NCBI GenBank assembly: GCA_965216875.1
Contig: OZ244207.1
Span: 7,104,001-7,168,000 of the forward strand
Direction of reading: 5' to 3'
DNA: 64,000 nucleotides
Source of the DNA: Rubripirellula sp.
GTDB lineage: Bacteria > Planctomycetota > Planctomycetia > Pirellulales > Pirellulaceae
Under the pieces are notes generated by a model. It ran no database searches. It was not told where the DNA came from and saw nothing but the letters and a program-made list of their open reading frames with translations. Positions 51,847-63,028 of this stretch are shown piece by piece (position 1 is the first letter of the stretch; every line of letters starts with the position of its first letter). The position numbers and the translations under genes were made by a program.

Positions 51847-53289
51847 TTATGCCAATTCAGGCACTTCGTATCCTTTGCGGTACTTGCGTTTCAAGAAACT
51901 GTTGGCCTTGTCGGCGCCGTCGCCAGTGAATTGTTGTGTCTTGGCATCAAGCGTTAACAGGTTGCTCAGGCGAATGTCGCTGTCTTGCAGTGACAAGCCG
52001 TGTGCGCCGAGATGTTTGCCCATTTCGCCGATCACCTTGGTCCACTGTTCGTTCGCGATCGTCATCGCATCCGCAATCGCGAATTGCTTACCCGATCGGT
52101 AAGCGACGTTGGCCAGGTTGCACCAGCCGGTCGAATCATTACCGACGACGACATCCGAGTTGAGCGATGATGCATCGCGGCTGCGCATGGCGTCGATGAA
52201 ATTCTTTTGATGCAAGCGGTTGCCGCCGTTTCCTTTGAACGAGCGAATCTTTTTGCCAGAAGCGTCAAAGGCAGCAGCACCACCCCGTTGGCCTTCCAAA
52301 CGTCCGCCTTCGCCGTAGGCGATGTAGCCGCTGCCCGGTCCAGGGTGTGGTGCGGCGCCGCGTGAGTTTGGCTTGTCAGTCAAGTTCGACAATCCGATCA
52401 CGACGGGGATCGACCCCGTGTCAAAGTATGCGAAGTGCACGTTGGGTGTTTGGCCAGCGTCACCCAAGGCAACGCGACCGCCGCCACCCAAGACGCGTTT
52501 TGGGAGAGCCACAGAGTCCTGGAAGACGTTGTTGCGAAGATCGTCGAGGACGTGAACGCCCCAGTTGCCCATTTCGCCTGAGCCGGTGTTCCAATCCCAG
52601 TGCCAATCGTAGTGCAGTTTGTCGCGGAAGATCGGTTCGTCTTGAGCAGGTCCGAGCCACAGGTCGTAGGCAACGTTCTTCTCGACTTTCAGCGGACTCG
52701 AACGGCGACCAATCGAAGGACGTGGTCCATAGCGGTTCACACGAGCCGATGTAATTTCGCCAATGCCCTTTTCTTCATGCAGAAACTTTTTGATCTCAGC
52801 TTGCATGGGGTCGGACCGTTGCTGGGTACCGACCTGACAGATGCGGCCGTACTTTTTGGCGGCGGCAACGGTTTGCAAGCCTTCCCATTGCGAATGCGAA
52901 AGTGGTTTTTCGACATAGACGTCTTTGCCTGCTTCCATTGCCCAGATTGCAGCAAGGCAGTGCCAGTGGTTGCAGGTCGCAATCACGACCGCGTCAATGC
53001 TTGGTGAAGCGATCAGCTCGCGAAGGTCGGTCCAGCCTTGAGCTTTGGGGAATCGTTTCTTGGCAGCTCCGAGACGGTTTTCGTCGGCATCGCACAGTCC
53101 CGCGATGTTCACGCCGTCGATTTCATTGAAGTAACCCATCAGTCCGCCCGCGCGTCCACCACAGCTGATGAAGCCAACGTTGATCTCGTCGTTGGCATTG
53201 GCGGCGAGCAACGATTTCGGTGCGATCGATGTGGTCAGGCCGACCGCTGCGGACGTTCCGATGAACTGACGACGTGAAAGAGTGCGCAT
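51847..53289 (-). CDS. Gfo/Idh/MocA family oxidoreductase with a Tat signal
   Basis: SRRQFIG twin-arginine motif; DAVVIATCNHWH; GKDVYVEKP; QVGTQQRS; NWGVH. Confidence 0.93.
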   Translation of the reverse strand: MRTLSRRQFIGTSAAVGLTTSIAPKSLLAANANDEINVGFISCGGRAGGLMGYFNEIDGVNIAGLCDADENRLGAAKKRFPKAQGWTDLRELIASPSIDAVVIATCNHWHCLAAIWAMEAGKDVYVEKPLSHSQWEGLQTVAAAKKYGRICQVGTQQRSDPMQAEIKKFLHEEKGIGEITSARVNRYGPRPSIGRRSSPLKVEKNVAYDLWLGPAQDEPIFRDKLHYDWHWDWNTGSGEMGNWGVHVLDDLRNNVFQDSVALPKRVLGGGGRVALGDAGQTPNVHFAYFDTGSIPVVIGLSNLTDKPNSRGAAPHPGPGSGYIAYGEGGRLEGQRGGAAAFDASGKKIRSFKGNGGNRLHQKNFIDAMRSRDASSLNSDVVVGNDSTGWCNLANVAYRSGKQFAIADAMTIANEQWTKVIGEMGKHLGAHGLSLQDSDIRLSNLLTLDAKTQQFTGDGADKANSFLKRKYRKGYEVPELA

Positions 53290-53647
53290 GGAATACCTCT
53301 TCAGGTGAATGGGCTTGGTCTTAGTAACCGTGGTGATGCTTGCAGCAAGCGTGGTGGCAGGAGCGGGACGGAGTGCCGATCAGGCAGATTGTCGTTGACT
53401 CACTGCTCAGTCGCGTTCGTGCATGGGGAAGCTGCCTTCCCCGCCGAATGTCCTCGCTGGATGCATGATATCCTAATCCAACGATCCGTCCGCGGCATCG
53501 ATTATGCTAACCCCTCCAAGTTCGATCTGAGAAGCGGCCAGAATCCACGTTTTTGTGATAAATCGGACGCAAAAAAACTTAGCGATCGAGCTTTCTCTCC
53601 CTGCCGGTCTCTCTCCCAAGCCACCACTCCCGCCATCGACCACCACC

Positions 53648-55417
53648 ATGAAACGGACTCTTTTTGCTGCCTTTTGCTGGGCGTTTACCTCGCTGTCGAT
53701 TGCATCGGTCGCAGCGGAAAGCCGCCCGAATGTCATCGTGATCCTGACCGACGATCAAGGTTGGGGCGATTTGAGCCTGCATGGAAACCCGAATCTCTCG
53801 ACGCCAAATATCGACTCGCTCGCCCGCGACGGGGCCCAGGTCGACCACTTTTACGTCTGTGCCGTCTGCTCGCCAACGCGCGCCGAGTTTTTGACGGGTC
53901 GCTACCACAGCCGAATGGGGGTCTACAGCACTTCGGCTGGCGGCGAACGATTCAACTCCGACGAACAAACGATTGCGGACGTGTTTCGTAGCGGTGGGTA
54001 CGCGACAGCGGCCTATGGCAAATGGCATAGCGGGATGCAGTTCCCCTATCACCCCAATGCGCGCGGGTTCGATGATTACTACGGCTTTTGTAGCGGCCAT
54101 TGGGGCAATTACTTTGACCCGATGCTGGAACGCAACGGAAAGATTGTGCAAGGCAAGGGATTCTTGGTCGATGATCTGACCAACAACGCGATGGAGTTTG
54201 TTTCACGACACAAGGACGAACCGTTTTTTGTTTACTTGCCGCTCAACACGCCCCACTCACCGATGCAGGTTCCCGACCCTTTCTGGGATCGGTTCAAGGA
54301 CAAAGAGATTGTTCCCGATCCAGCGCCCGAGAATGCCCGAAAACAAAACCTGACGCATACCCGCGCAGCGCTGGCGATGTGTGAGAACATCGACGCGAAC
54401 GTCGGGCGATTGCTCAACCATTTGGATCAGTTGGAAATCGCAGACCGGACCATTGTCGTCTACTTCTGTGACAATGGCCCAAATGGATCGCGATTTAACG
54501 GAGGATTGCGTGGTCGCAAGGGTTCGACTTACGAAGGTGGGCTTCGCTCGCCCTGTTTGATTCGCTATCCCGACAAGATCAAGGCTGGGCAACACGTCGA
54601 TCAGGTTGCGGGTGCGATCGACCTGCTGCCAACTTTAGCCGACTTTGCAGGAATTGATTTCGAATCTCGAAAAAGGCTTGATGGTGTTTCCATCGCGGGC
54701 CAGCTTCAAGGTGACGAAACGAAATTGAAGCAACGGTTATTGTTCAGCACATGGAATAACAAAGCGAGTGTTCGCAGCCAACGCTATCGAATGCATCACA
54801 CTGGCGAGCTTTTCGATATTCAAAGTGACCCGGGTGAACGTAAAGACGTGGCCAAAAGTCAGCCACAGGTCGCAAGCCGGATGAAATCGCGACTCGATGC
54901 GTTTCTGGCCCAGACGAAACCAAAATCCTCGCGAACCCGCCAGCATCGTCCGATCACACTCGCCCATCCCGACGCCGAATTCACGCAACTGCCGGCTCGC
55001 GATGCTCATGCCGGTGGCGGGATCAAACGAAGCAATCGGTTCCCGAACTGTACGTTCATGACGAACTGGACCTCCGAGGAGGACACAATCACTTGGGATG
55101 TGAGCGTACTGGGCGAAGGAGACTATGAGGTCGAAATGTACTACGCCTGTAAGGCGGAGAGTGTCGGCTCAGAGATTGAACTGAGTCTTGGATCGCAGAA
55201 ACTCGCCGCATCGATCGACACGGCCAACGATTCGCCATTGATTGGCGCTGGTGAAGATCGCTTTGAACGCGTGGAAGGCTACGTTCGTTCCTGGCAGCCA
55301 ATGACGCTCGGCACGATGCATCTTTCACCGGGCAAAAGCACTCTGACAATGAAGGCGACCAAAATCAACGGTGCGGAAGTGGTTGATATGCGGCTGTTGA
55401 TGTTCCGCAAACTCTAG
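53648..55417 (+). CDS. Exported arylsulfatase (formylglycine-dependent) with a C-terminal CBM-like beta-sandwich
   Basis: RPNVIVILTDDQG; CSPTRAEFLTGR (CxPxR); GKWH; DNG; YEGG; signal peptide from ATG at 53648. Confidence 0.93.
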   Translation: MKRTLFAAFCWAFTSLSIASVAAESRPNVIVILTDDQGWGDLSLHGNPNLSTPNIDSLARDGAQVDHFYVCAVCSPTRAEFLTGRYHSRMGVYSTSAGGERFNSDEQTIADVFRSGGYATAAYGKWHSGMQFPYHPNARGFDDYYGFCSGHWGNYFDPMLERNGKIVQGKGFLVDDLTNNAMEFVSRHKDEPFFVYLPLNTPHSPMQVPDPFWDRFKDKEIVPDPAPENARKQNLTHTRAALAMCENIDANVGRLLNHLDQLEIADRTIVVYFCDNGPNGSRFNGGLRGRKGSTYEGGLRSPCLIRYPDKIKAGQHVDQVAGAIDLLPTLADFAGIDFESRKRLDGVSIAGQLQGDETKLKQRLLFSTWNNKASVRSQRYRMHHTGELFDIQSDPGERKDVAKSQPQVASRMKSRLDAFLAQTKPKSSRTRQHRPITLAHPDAEFTQLPARDAHAGGGIKRSNRFPNCTFMTNWTSEEDTITWDVSVLGEGDYEVEMYYACKAESVGSEIELSLGSQKLAASIDTANDSPLIGAGEDRFERVEGYVRSWQPMTLGTMHLSPGKSTLTMKATKINGAEVVDMRLLMFRKL

Positions 55418-55422
55418 ACGTT

Positions 55423-55612
55423 GTCGCCTTCTGCTCCGCAAAAGATGCGTTCGAACACGCTACTTTCGCGGAGCGAAAGGCGACTTTCAAGAAACCAAAC
55501 CGCGGAGCGAAAGGCGACTTTCAAAAGATGCATCAGCCGTAGAGCGATCGCTCGCGGTTTTCCAGCAGGAGAGACCGCGAGAGCACCGGACGCTATCGCG
55601 TGGCAGCTAATG
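55423..55612. repeat. REP-like cluster (GTCGCCTT-GCTCCGC-AAAG / CTTTCGCGGAGCGAAAGGCGAC x2; CATCAGCCG-type doublet)
   Basis: Inverted and direct copies of short palindromes; the second motif matches 11793-11863. Confidence 0.7.
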
Positions 55613-55767
55613 AAGGTGTGCAGAACTTCGCGATGTCGACCGGTTGTTAATCTGTGACGTTTATGACGGTCGCGTCGGCGCCCGATCTTCGACGAATCGG
55701 GTCAGGACGCGGAATTGATTGTGACGACCGGCCGGTTTGTGACGATTACACGGAAGTGAAATTGGGG

Positions 55768-56754
55768 ATGTCCGCACCCAGTCTGTGTGGCATTCCGTTT
55801 CGACAGGCCCCGAACCATCCCTCATTCGGTGCCCTGTGGACCCAGACCCCTTCCGCGATTGAAGAGTCACCCTTGGCCGCATCTTTGAAGATCTTCTGTG
55901 GTGGTGAGACCGGACGCAGCCTGCGAGTGGGCAGCCGGTTGGACAAATACCGATTGCAACGTCGCCTTGGCGAGGGCGGCTTTGCGACCGTTTTTTCGGC
56001 GATTGATACGATCGAAGACCGCAAAGTGGCTTTGAAAGTTCCCGACTCGCGGTACGTCAACAACACGCAAAGTTTGGATGATGTCCAACGCGAAGTGCGG
56101 ATCATGGCACGACTGGATCATCCCAGCATCTTGCCGCTCAAGGACGCGCGTTTCATTGACGGTCATTTCGTGATGGTCTTTCCGCTCGGCGAGGAATCAC
56201 TTTCCGATCGGCTCTGTCGCCGTATGTCTCGCGCCACGGCGGTTGATTACGTGGTGCAAATGATCGCTTCGGTCGCCTCGGCACACCAGCAAAACGTCCT
56301 GCACCGCGACATCAAACCAGAAAACTTCATTCTGTTTCCCGACCAGGAAATCAAGCTGACCGACTTTGGTTTGGCTCGAATCGAACAGGGGATGCATGAC
56401 GTCTCGGCCTCGGGAACACTCGGTTACATGGCGCCCGAGCAGGCAATGGGCCGGCCCAGCTATCGAAGCGATGTCTTTTCGCTGGGTTTGGTCATCTATC
56501 GCATGCTCTCGGGTGAGATGCCCGAGTACCCGTTCCAGGCGCCGCTGCCAGGGTTCAACAAATTGCGCCGAGGTCTATCGACCGATTTGGTGGCGTTGAT
56601 TCGCAAAGCAATTGATCCCGTTCCCAGCAAACGGTTTCGCGATGCCGTGGCGATGAACAACGCGATGCAGAAGATTCGTTTCCCGTTGACCGATCGCAGT
56701 GTTTCACAGCGCGGCGTCACAGCAAACTCGCGCGTAACGCGGCGGGCGGCTTAA
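55768..56754 (+). CDS. Ser/Thr protein kinase, catalytic domain only (start uncertain, 55654-55885)
   Basis: GEGGFATVF, VALK, HRDIKPEN, DFG, GTLGYMAPE, SDVFSLG. Confidence 0.9.
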   Translation: MSAPSLCGIPFRQAPNHPSFGALWTQTPSAIEESPLAASLKIFCGGETGRSLRVGSRLDKYRLQRRLGEGGFATVFSAIDTIEDRKVALKVPDSRYVNNTQSLDDVQREVRIMARLDHPSILPLKDARFIDGHFVMVFPLGEESLSDRLCRRMSRATAVDYVVQMIASVASAHQQNVLHRDIKPENFILFPDQEIKLTDFGLARIEQGMHDVSASGTLGYMAPEQAMGRPSYRSDVFSLGLVIYRMLSGEMPEYPFQAPLPGFNKLRRGLSTDLVALIRKAIDPVPSKRFRDAVAMNNAMQKIRFPLTDRSVSQRGVTANSRVTRRAA

Positions 56755-57037
56755 GGCGGGCTGCATAGAAAGACACTTTTAGACTGCCCGATCATGGCCC
56801 GGTGGGGGCTTGCTCTGCGCAATGCCTAGTCGTTAACGCGATCGCGACTGAAGAGTCGAATTCCCCCGGGCCTTTTGCGGTTTCGGCAGTGCCCGTGAAC
56901 CGCAGGCCGTCAGGCCCTTGCCGACGCGCGGTGAGTGTGAAGGCGATTGAGGCCCGGCCGCTTACGCGATCGCGGCTTCGTTGTGTGAACTTCGGCAGCG
57001 ATTTCTGCTGGTGGAAGCGCAATTGCAATCCGTAGCC

Positions 57038-58474
57038 CTAGTCCGCAGGGGCGATGATCTTTTTGACCAAGTTGTCGGCCGCTTGGATGACCGGCGCGAT
57101 GCCAACGCCATGCATGGCATTGTTGGTTAAATAGAGATCAGGCAGCTTGTCGATTTCGTCTTCAATCTTGGCGACGCGTGTTTTATGGCCAACGTGGTAC
57201 TGGGGCATGGCGTTGTTCCAGCGGACAACGCGTGAAACTTTCGGATCGCCGGAGAGTCCAATCAGGTCGGCCAGCTCGCGGCTTGCCAGCGCGATCAAGG
57301 CGTCATCGTCTTGTTTGAGCAATTCGGGCTGAAGCATGCCGCCGATGAAAACGCGTACGATCACATGATCATCCGGAGCGCGGCCCGCGAATTTGTTGCT
57401 GGCGAAACTGGCGGCAAGGATCTTGCGGTTTTCTTTGGGGGGAACCACAAAGCCAAACGTGTTGATGTCGGCTTTGATTTGGTCTCGGTGAACGACGAGA
57501 ACGGCAATCGCAGTCGAAGCTGCTTTGATCGATGCCAACGTTTCACTCCCGGCGGGACAAACATCGCCGAGTAGTTTTGCGGCAGCGGCGGGCGGGATGG
57601 CGACCACAACGTCGTCGAACGATTCGGTTTGGTCATTGACCGAGACCGTCCAGCCCGAATCGGTTTGTTCAAGCTGAGTGACATGCGAGTTGGTGCGGAT
57701 GCAGGTTTCGGGCAACTGCTCGCGGAGTGTCTTGATCAGTTCGATCATCCCACCGCGAAACGCGCGAAATTGTTCGTATCGTGCGCCACTGCTGTCGCGT
57801 TCGACGGCATCGAGTCCGTTTCGTCGTCGGGCGGCGGTCGCTTTGGCGAGTGATCCGTATTCTCGTTCCATCGCGGCCAACGGGCCCATGGTCGCTTCCA
57901 TGGAGAGTTGGTGGACATCGGCGGTGTAGATGCCGGCGACGAGAGGTCCCACGAGGTTGTCGAGTGTTTCGCGGCCGAGTCGCTTGGATACAAACTCGGC
58001 GACACTGATATCGGCGTGATTTCCTGAGGCGTCTTCTTGGCCGGTGACACGTCCAACGAACCGCTCTCGCAAGAAACGCAGCTTTCCTGCCCAGGAAAGG
58101 AGAGGTGTTGTGAGCAGTGGCCCGAGTTTTGTTGCCCGCATCAACACAAAGCCATCGGGGAGATCAACCAATTGGCCCTTGTGGACGATTCGAGCACCAC
58201 GCCCCGATTTCTTGGGCAAGATCAACTCATCCGCCACGCCGAGCTGTTTGAGGAAATCGAGTGCCGCCGGTGGTTTGGTGGCAAACATGTCGGCACCGCG
58301 ATCGATCAGAAAATCATCGACGCGGATCGTGTCGATCACACCACCGACGCGGTCGGAACCTTCGAGGATGGTGATCTGCCGATCCGGCGCGGCAAGGTGC
58401 AATTTGACGGCGGTTGCCAGCCCAGAGAGTCCGCCGCCAATAATCGCAGTGCGGCGAGTCGTTGGTTGGGTCAA
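57038..58474 (-). CDS. hemY: HemY-type protoporphyrinogen/coproporphyrinogen III oxidase (often annotated hemG)
   Basis: IIGGGLSGL FAD motif; RVGG; PLVAGIYTAD; FGFVVP; RWNNAMPQYHVGH. Confidence 0.9.
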   Translation of the reverse strand: MTQPTTRRTAIIGGGLSGLATAVKLHLAAPDRQITILEGSDRVGGVIDTIRVDDFLIDRGADMFATKPPAALDFLKQLGVADELILPKKSGRGARIVHKGQLVDLPDGFVLMRATKLGPLLTTPLLSWAGKLRFLRERFVGRVTGQEDASGNHADISVAEFVSKRLGRETLDNLVGPLVAGIYTADVHQLSMEATMGPLAAMEREYGSLAKATAARRRNGLDAVERDSSGARYEQFRAFRGGMIELIKTLREQLPETCIRTNSHVTQLEQTDSGWTVSVNDQTESFDDVVVAIPPAAAAKLLGDVCPAGSETLASIKAASTAIAVLVVHRDQIKADINTFGFVVPPKENRKILAASFASNKFAGRAPDDHVIVRVFIGGMLQPELLKQDDDALIALASRELADLIGLSGDPKVSRVVRWNNAMPQYHVGHKTRVAKIEDEIDKLPDLYLTNNAMHGVGIAPVIQAADNLVKKIIAPAD

Positions 58475-58565
58475 GGTTAGAACGTTTTAATCGAGAACGA
58501 CTTGGGACGACCTGATCAAGTCATTCAATCTTGCCAGGGATTCGGGCTTGGTGAAAGGAGGTCTG

Positions 58566-59876
58566 CTAGGGCTGCGACATTTCGCGCATCATTCGCTCTT
58601 GTTGTTTCATTTGTTCTTCGTAGTCCATGCCTTCTTCCATCATTTGGTCCTCGTAACTCGAGTCATACCCGGAACCGTAGCCCATGTTTCGGTTTCGGGA
58701 GCCGCCGATGGAGACGCCTAGGGCAGCAACCTGCTGTTCAAGGTTGGGAAGAACCGATGCCAATACGGTTTCGATTTGAGCGTGAAAGGTGGTTTCGTCC
58801 TGGGCGCTTTCAAAGGGCACCAAGAAGCCCGACGCCAAAGCAAAGCCGGCAAGTGCTGCGGTGGGGTTGTTCTCGTCCTGTTGAAGCTGGAGTTTGTTCT
58901 CGGCCACCTGATCCGACCACGATTTGGACATCTCTTCCGTCACCCAATAGCCATCGACGTTGACCAGCTTTAGCGTTTCAGTTGTTGTGCCCTGCGAAGC
59001 TTTGACTTCGGCGGTCTTGTCATCTTGTTTGACAACCGAAAAGACTCGCGAGTCCATGGGTGCGAATTGGTTGGCAGCGGCGATGTAGCCTGAGATGGCT
59101 GAATCACGTTCGGTAAGCCATTGTCCGAATTCCATTGTTTGCAGCTTTTGAAGATCCATCGCTTGTGGATCGAAGCCGTCACGAAGGATCCACGCCGCCG
59201 CCAAGGCAAGCTCTTTCACTTGCTCCATGTCCTCGGGATCCATTGCCTCGAACCTGGGGTGAGAGAAGAGCCAGTTCTGGCGCGTCAGGACCAAGTTGCC
59301 AACTTTGTGCATGAAGCCCGTCATCGCATTCCAGCCGGTCGGGTCGATTTTCGCCGCGGCGAGTTTGACGATTTCGTCGACATCTTTTCGGTAGCTCGGG
59401 GGCAACGCGTCATAAAGGACCACGAAGTGACCGGCCGCCAACTGGTCATCGATGTGCTCCATGAAAGCGTCGACCTTTGCGTTGGCAGGTGGTTTTTCGT
59501 ACGCCGCTGCTGCCGGTGGTTTGGGCAGCGGGTTTGGAGCGGGGGCTGCAGCGGCTTCGGCCTGGCCCGCAAGTTCTTCGACGCGGGTTTGGCGCTGAGT
59601 TTGCATTTTTTCCCACATCGCGCGCGCCTGGATTCGGCTCTCGGACCGCAGCGACGATAGTGGCACGGCGAATCGGCGAGCCCCATCCATTTCGAGAATG
59701 ACGCGGTCATCCCACATCCCCAACATCTTGGCCTCGATCGATTGATCGTTCAGGGCCGTCCAGGTCTCCGCATGGCAGGCGGTGCTTGAAGGGAGCAGCA
59801 ACGCCATGGCAACCAGAGGGATGAAAAAACGTGAAGCAACGGCAGCGACCGAAGCGAGGTTTGTCGGATGAATCAT
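58566..59876 (-). CDS. Exported protein with an N-terminal SHD1-like domain and a Met/Glu/Gly-rich tail
   Basis: After the signal peptide: ETWTALNDQSIEAKMLG...VILEMDG...AVPLSSLRSESR (SHD1-like); start uncertain. Confidence 0.6.
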   Translation of the reverse strand: MIHPTNLASVAAVASRFFIPLVAMALLLPSSTACHAETWTALNDQSIEAKMLGMWDDRVILEMDGARRFAVPLSSLRSESRIQARAMWEKMQTQRQTRVEELAGQAEAAAAPAPNPLPKPPAAAAYEKPPANAKVDAFMEHIDDQLAAGHFVVLYDALPPSYRKDVDEIVKLAAAKIDPTGWNAMTGFMHKVGNLVLTRQNWLFSHPRFEAMDPEDMEQVKELALAAAWILRDGFDPQAMDLQKLQTMEFGQWLTERDSAISGYIAAANQFAPMDSRVFSVVKQDDKTAEVKASQGTTTETLKLVNVDGYWVTEEMSKSWSDQVAENKLQLQQDENNPTAALAGFALASGFLVPFESAQDETTFHAQIETVLASVLPNLEQQVAALGVSIGGSRNRNMGYGSGYDSSYEDQMMEEGMDYEEQMKQQERMMREMSQP

Positions 59877-60204
59877 CTCGGCCCAATCGAGCGAGGGAGG
59901 TCTTGGGGTTGGAAACGGAATGGGCGCGTGCGGATCACCGGTTGGGTGAGAAAAAGTGAGGCCCTTGAGCACCACGCCTCCGTCGAGAAGTCATTATATT
60001 GAGAGAACGCGAAGAATGCGGCCCGAAAATTGGATCACGGGCCAACTGCTTTGCTGAAGGAGTAACGCTCGCAGATTGCGGGCAATTCACGGAAAAAGAA
60101 CACTGGGATCAAACGGTCACGACCGGAAATCACGGTGGTGCCCCAACCACAGGTGGGGCGGCCATGCAGACGCGGATACGGAGCCGGTTTAGCGGAGAGG
60201 CACC

Positions 60205-61161
60205 TTGAGTGAGACGATGGCTCTGGAAACCGAAGAGATTGGCCAGCTTCGGCAGCAGCATTACAACGCAACCATCGTGAAACGAATCGACGTTCATGAT
60301 GATTTGGCTCGGTTTCATATCCGCCCCGACAACCCTATCCCCGCTTTCGAGCCAGGGCAGTATGTCGCGATCGGGCTAGGCAATTGGGAGCCGCGTTTGG
60401 AGGGCACTCAGCCGGAAGAGGTGCCGGAAAAGAAACTTCGCAAACTCTCCCGCCGAGCCTATTCGATTTCTTGCCCGATGTTGGTTGACGGCGAATTGGC
60501 ACCCGTCGATTCAATCGACTACTTCGAGTTCTACATCACGCTTGTGCGACAAGCGAGTTCGCCAGACAAGAAGCCACCCGTGCTGACGCCGCGGCTTTTC
60601 AATCTCAAAGAGGGCGAACGCGTCGAAGTCCAACAGCGGATCACGGGCAAGTACACACTCGGTGACGTGCAAAGTGACGACACCGTTTTGATGTTGGGAA
60701 CCGGCACCGGTGAAGCGCCGCACAACGCGATGGTGACCAAACTGCTGGCCGAGGGACATCGCGGCAAGGTCGTCAACGTTACCAGCGTGCGCTTTAGCGC
60801 AGACCTCGCCTATGCGCGAGAGCACAAAACGTTGATGGAGAAATTTGACAACTACCGCTACCTGCCTTTCACCACTCGTGACCCCGTCAACCTCGACAAA
60901 GATCACCCCGAGTACGTGGGCAAACAGTACCTGCAGCAACTCTTTACATCGGGGCAGCTCGCCGAGGCGGCTGGTGACGAACTGTCGCCAAAGAACACAC
61001 ATGTCTTTCTGTGTGGCAACCCAGCGATGATTGGGTACGTGCCTCCGGGAGCCGATCCGCCATCTTCGCCAGGGATGTTGCCGCTGCTGGAAGAGGCTGG
61101 CTTTTCTAATGAGGCAGAGTGTCGCGGCGCGGGGTGTATTCGATTCGAGAAGTACTGGTGA
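60205..61161 (+). CDS. fpr: Ferredoxin/flavodoxin--NADP+ reductase
   Basis: FEPGQY, RRAYSIS, LTPRL, GTGTGEAP, LCGNPAMI, C-terminal EKYW. Confidence 0.88.
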   Translation: MSETMALETEEIGQLRQQHYNATIVKRIDVHDDLARFHIRPDNPIPAFEPGQYVAIGLGNWEPRLEGTQPEEVPEKKLRKLSRRAYSISCPMLVDGELAPVDSIDYFEFYITLVRQASSPDKKPPVLTPRLFNLKEGERVEVQQRITGKYTLGDVQSDDTVLMLGTGTGEAPHNAMVTKLLAEGHRGKVVNVTSVRFSADLAYAREHKTLMEKFDNYRYLPFTTRDPVNLDKDHPEYVGKQYLQQLFTSGQLAEAAGDELSPKNTHVFLCGNPAMIGYVPPGADPPSSPGMLPLLEEAGFSNEAECRGAGCIRFEKYW

Positions 61162-61288
61162 AGTTGCTTGACAGCTATCGACAAGCGACGTGAACAAGCT
61201 ACAAACGGGCCTATTCACAAAAAGAACTACAAACCGTGTCACTCGTCGCCGTTGTTGTTGACGAGTCAGTTTGAAAGCCTGGTGTCAG

Positions 61289-62572
61289 ATGGACCTCTCC
61301 AAAACAATCGCTTTGATCCTCGGTGGCGGCCGCGGAACTCGTCTCTTTCCGCTTACCAAGATTCGCGCCAAGCCGGCCGTGCCGCTGGCAGCAAAGTATC
61401 GATTGATCGACATTCCGATCAGCAACTGCATCAACAGCGGCTTGAACCGCGCTTACGTGTTGACGCAATTCTTGTCCGAAAGCTTGCACCGTCACCTTCG
61501 TCAAACCTATCACTTCGACCACTTCAGTGGCGGTTTCGTCGAACTCCTTGCCGCCCAAGAAACCGTTGGCGAAGGCACCGATTGGTATCAGGGAACAGCC
61601 GATGCGGTGCGCAAGAACTTGGTGCATCTGGAAGAGAGCTGGATCGAGCATGTCCTGATTCTCTCAGGTGACCAGCTCTATCGAATGGATTTCCGCGACA
61701 TGATGCGGACTCACATCGAATCGGGCGCCGACGCAACGATCGCGGGAATTCCGGTCTCACGTAGCGACGCTTCGGCACTGGGCATCATGCAAGTTGATGA
61801 CTCGGGCCAAGTGCGTGGGTTCGTCGAAAAGCCTCAAACCGATGAAGAGATCGAATCGGTTCGCATGGAACCAAGTTGGATCGACGCTCGCGGAATCCCC
61901 AGCAAGGGTCGTGATTGCCTGGCCAGCATGGGCCTCTACATCTTCAACAAGTCGATGATGGTCGATTTGCTTCGCAGCACCGATCATCAAGACTTTGGCA
62001 AAGAGGTGTTCCCCGAAGCGATCAACTCGCACAAAGTCCAAGTCCACTTGTTTGATGGCTACTGGGAAGACATCGGAACGATCCGTGCTTTCTACGAAGC
62101 CAACTTGGGGCTTGCCGGTAAGACGCCTCCATTTGACATTCGTAACCCCGAAGCGCCGATCTACAGTCGCCCACGCTATTTGCCGCCAACGATCATGGGA
62201 GATGCGAAAGTATCCGGAAGCTTGATCGCGGATGGTTGCCGAATCGGCGAAAACGTGACGATCGAAAACAGCGTCATCGGCTTGCGCACCGTCATCGGTG
62301 ACAACGTAACGATTAAGGACAGCGTTGTGATGGGCGCCGACTACATCGAGGCCCCAAGCGATCTGGATGAAAACCAATTGCCGGTCGGCATCGGTGACAA
62401 CAGCGTTATCTGCGGAACGATTCTCGACAAGAACTGCCGCATCGGATCAGGCGTGAAGATCACCAACGCTGCTGGTCATGATCACCACGGCGAAGAAGGT
62501 GCATTGCAGGTTCGTGACGGCATTCCGATCGTGATCAAGAACGCACAAATCGAAAACGGGTTCGAGATGTAG
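61289..62572 (+). CDS. glgC: Glucose-1-phosphate adenylyltransferase
   Basis: [14 protein letters not shown]...[48 protein letters not shown]. Confidence 0.97.
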   Translation: MDLSKTIALILGGGRGTRLFPLTKIRAKPAVPLAAKYRLIDIPISNCINSGLNRAYVLTQFLSESLHRHLRQTYHFDHFSGGFVELLAAQETVGEGTDWYQGTADAVRKNLVHLEESWIEHVLILSGDQLYRMDFRDMMRTHIESGADATIAGIPVSRSDASALGIMQVDDSGQVRGFVEKPQTDEEIESVRMEPSWIDARGIPSKGRDCLASMGLYIFNKSMMVDLLRSTDHQDFGKEVFPEAINSHKVQVHLFDGYWEDIGTIRAFYEANLGLAGKTPPFDIRNPEAPIYSRPRYLPPTIMGDAKVSGSLIADGCRIGENVTIENSVIGLRTVIGDNVTIKDSVVMGADYIEAPSDLDENQLPVGIGDNSVICGTILDKNCRIGSGVKITNAAGHDHHGEEGALQVRDGIPIVIKNAQIENGFEM

Positions 62573-62576
62573 TGTG

Positions 62577-62731
62577 GTAGTGGACGAGGCTACGAGTCCT
62601 CGTCCGCTGCCGTTCGTCGCAGATGATTGTGGTTCGGGATTGAGGGACTCGTTGCCTCGTCCACTACGAGGATCAGGGACTCGTTGCCTCGTCCACTACG
62701 AAGATGGGGACTCGTTGCCTCGTCCACTACG
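62577..62731. repeat. REP-like family GTAGTGGACGAGGC-ACGAGTCC: one forward and three tandem inverted copies
   Basis: Forward copy 62577-62599; GGGACTCGTTGCCTCGTCCACTACG at 62644-62668, 62676-62700 and 62707-62731. Confidence 0.88.
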
Positions 62732-62746
62732 AAGAGTTCGGCGCTT

Positions 62747-62923
62747 TTACATCAGAAAGCGGTTGACGGTCCAAGCGAGCGCGCCGACCAACATGATGGC
62801 GATCAGGTATTCGATGCACCGTGTCACCAACGAGGTGGTCACGAGATTGTTGTCGAGTTCGTTCGACGCGGTTTCAGCATCAGGATTGATGAGCGGCGTT
62901 TGATAAGGGTTTCGCTCGGACAT
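62747..62923 (-). CDS. Small single-TM protein (58 aa) with an N-terminal NPY motif
   Basis: Below the ORF-track cutoff; manual translation MSERNPYQTPLINPDAETASNELDNNLVTTSLVTRCIEYLIAIMLVGALAWTVNRFLM*; AAGGGA upstream. Confidence 0.6.
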   Translation of the reverse strand: MSERNPYQTPLINPDAETASNELDNNLVTTSLVTRCIEYLIAIMLVGALAWTVNRFLM

Positions 62924-63028
62924 GACCGATCCCTTGGTTGAGAGCAGATCAGATAAGAAAAGAAACGCTTCGGTTCGGTGATAGTTTAGCCGCTGTTCTG
63001 ACTCGGGTGGGGCATGAAATCGCGTGAT

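Noticed and set aside
56760..57035. Small gene or riboswitch between the kinase and hemY
   Set aside because: Contains decayed REP copies (AGGCCCGGCCGCTTACGCGATCGCGGCT matches about 11882-11909 inverted); the ORFs lack coding features
62644..62731. Mini CRISPR array of 25-bp repeats
   Set aside because: Gaps are only 6-7 bp and an inverted copy with a GTAG end lies upstream; this is REP-like
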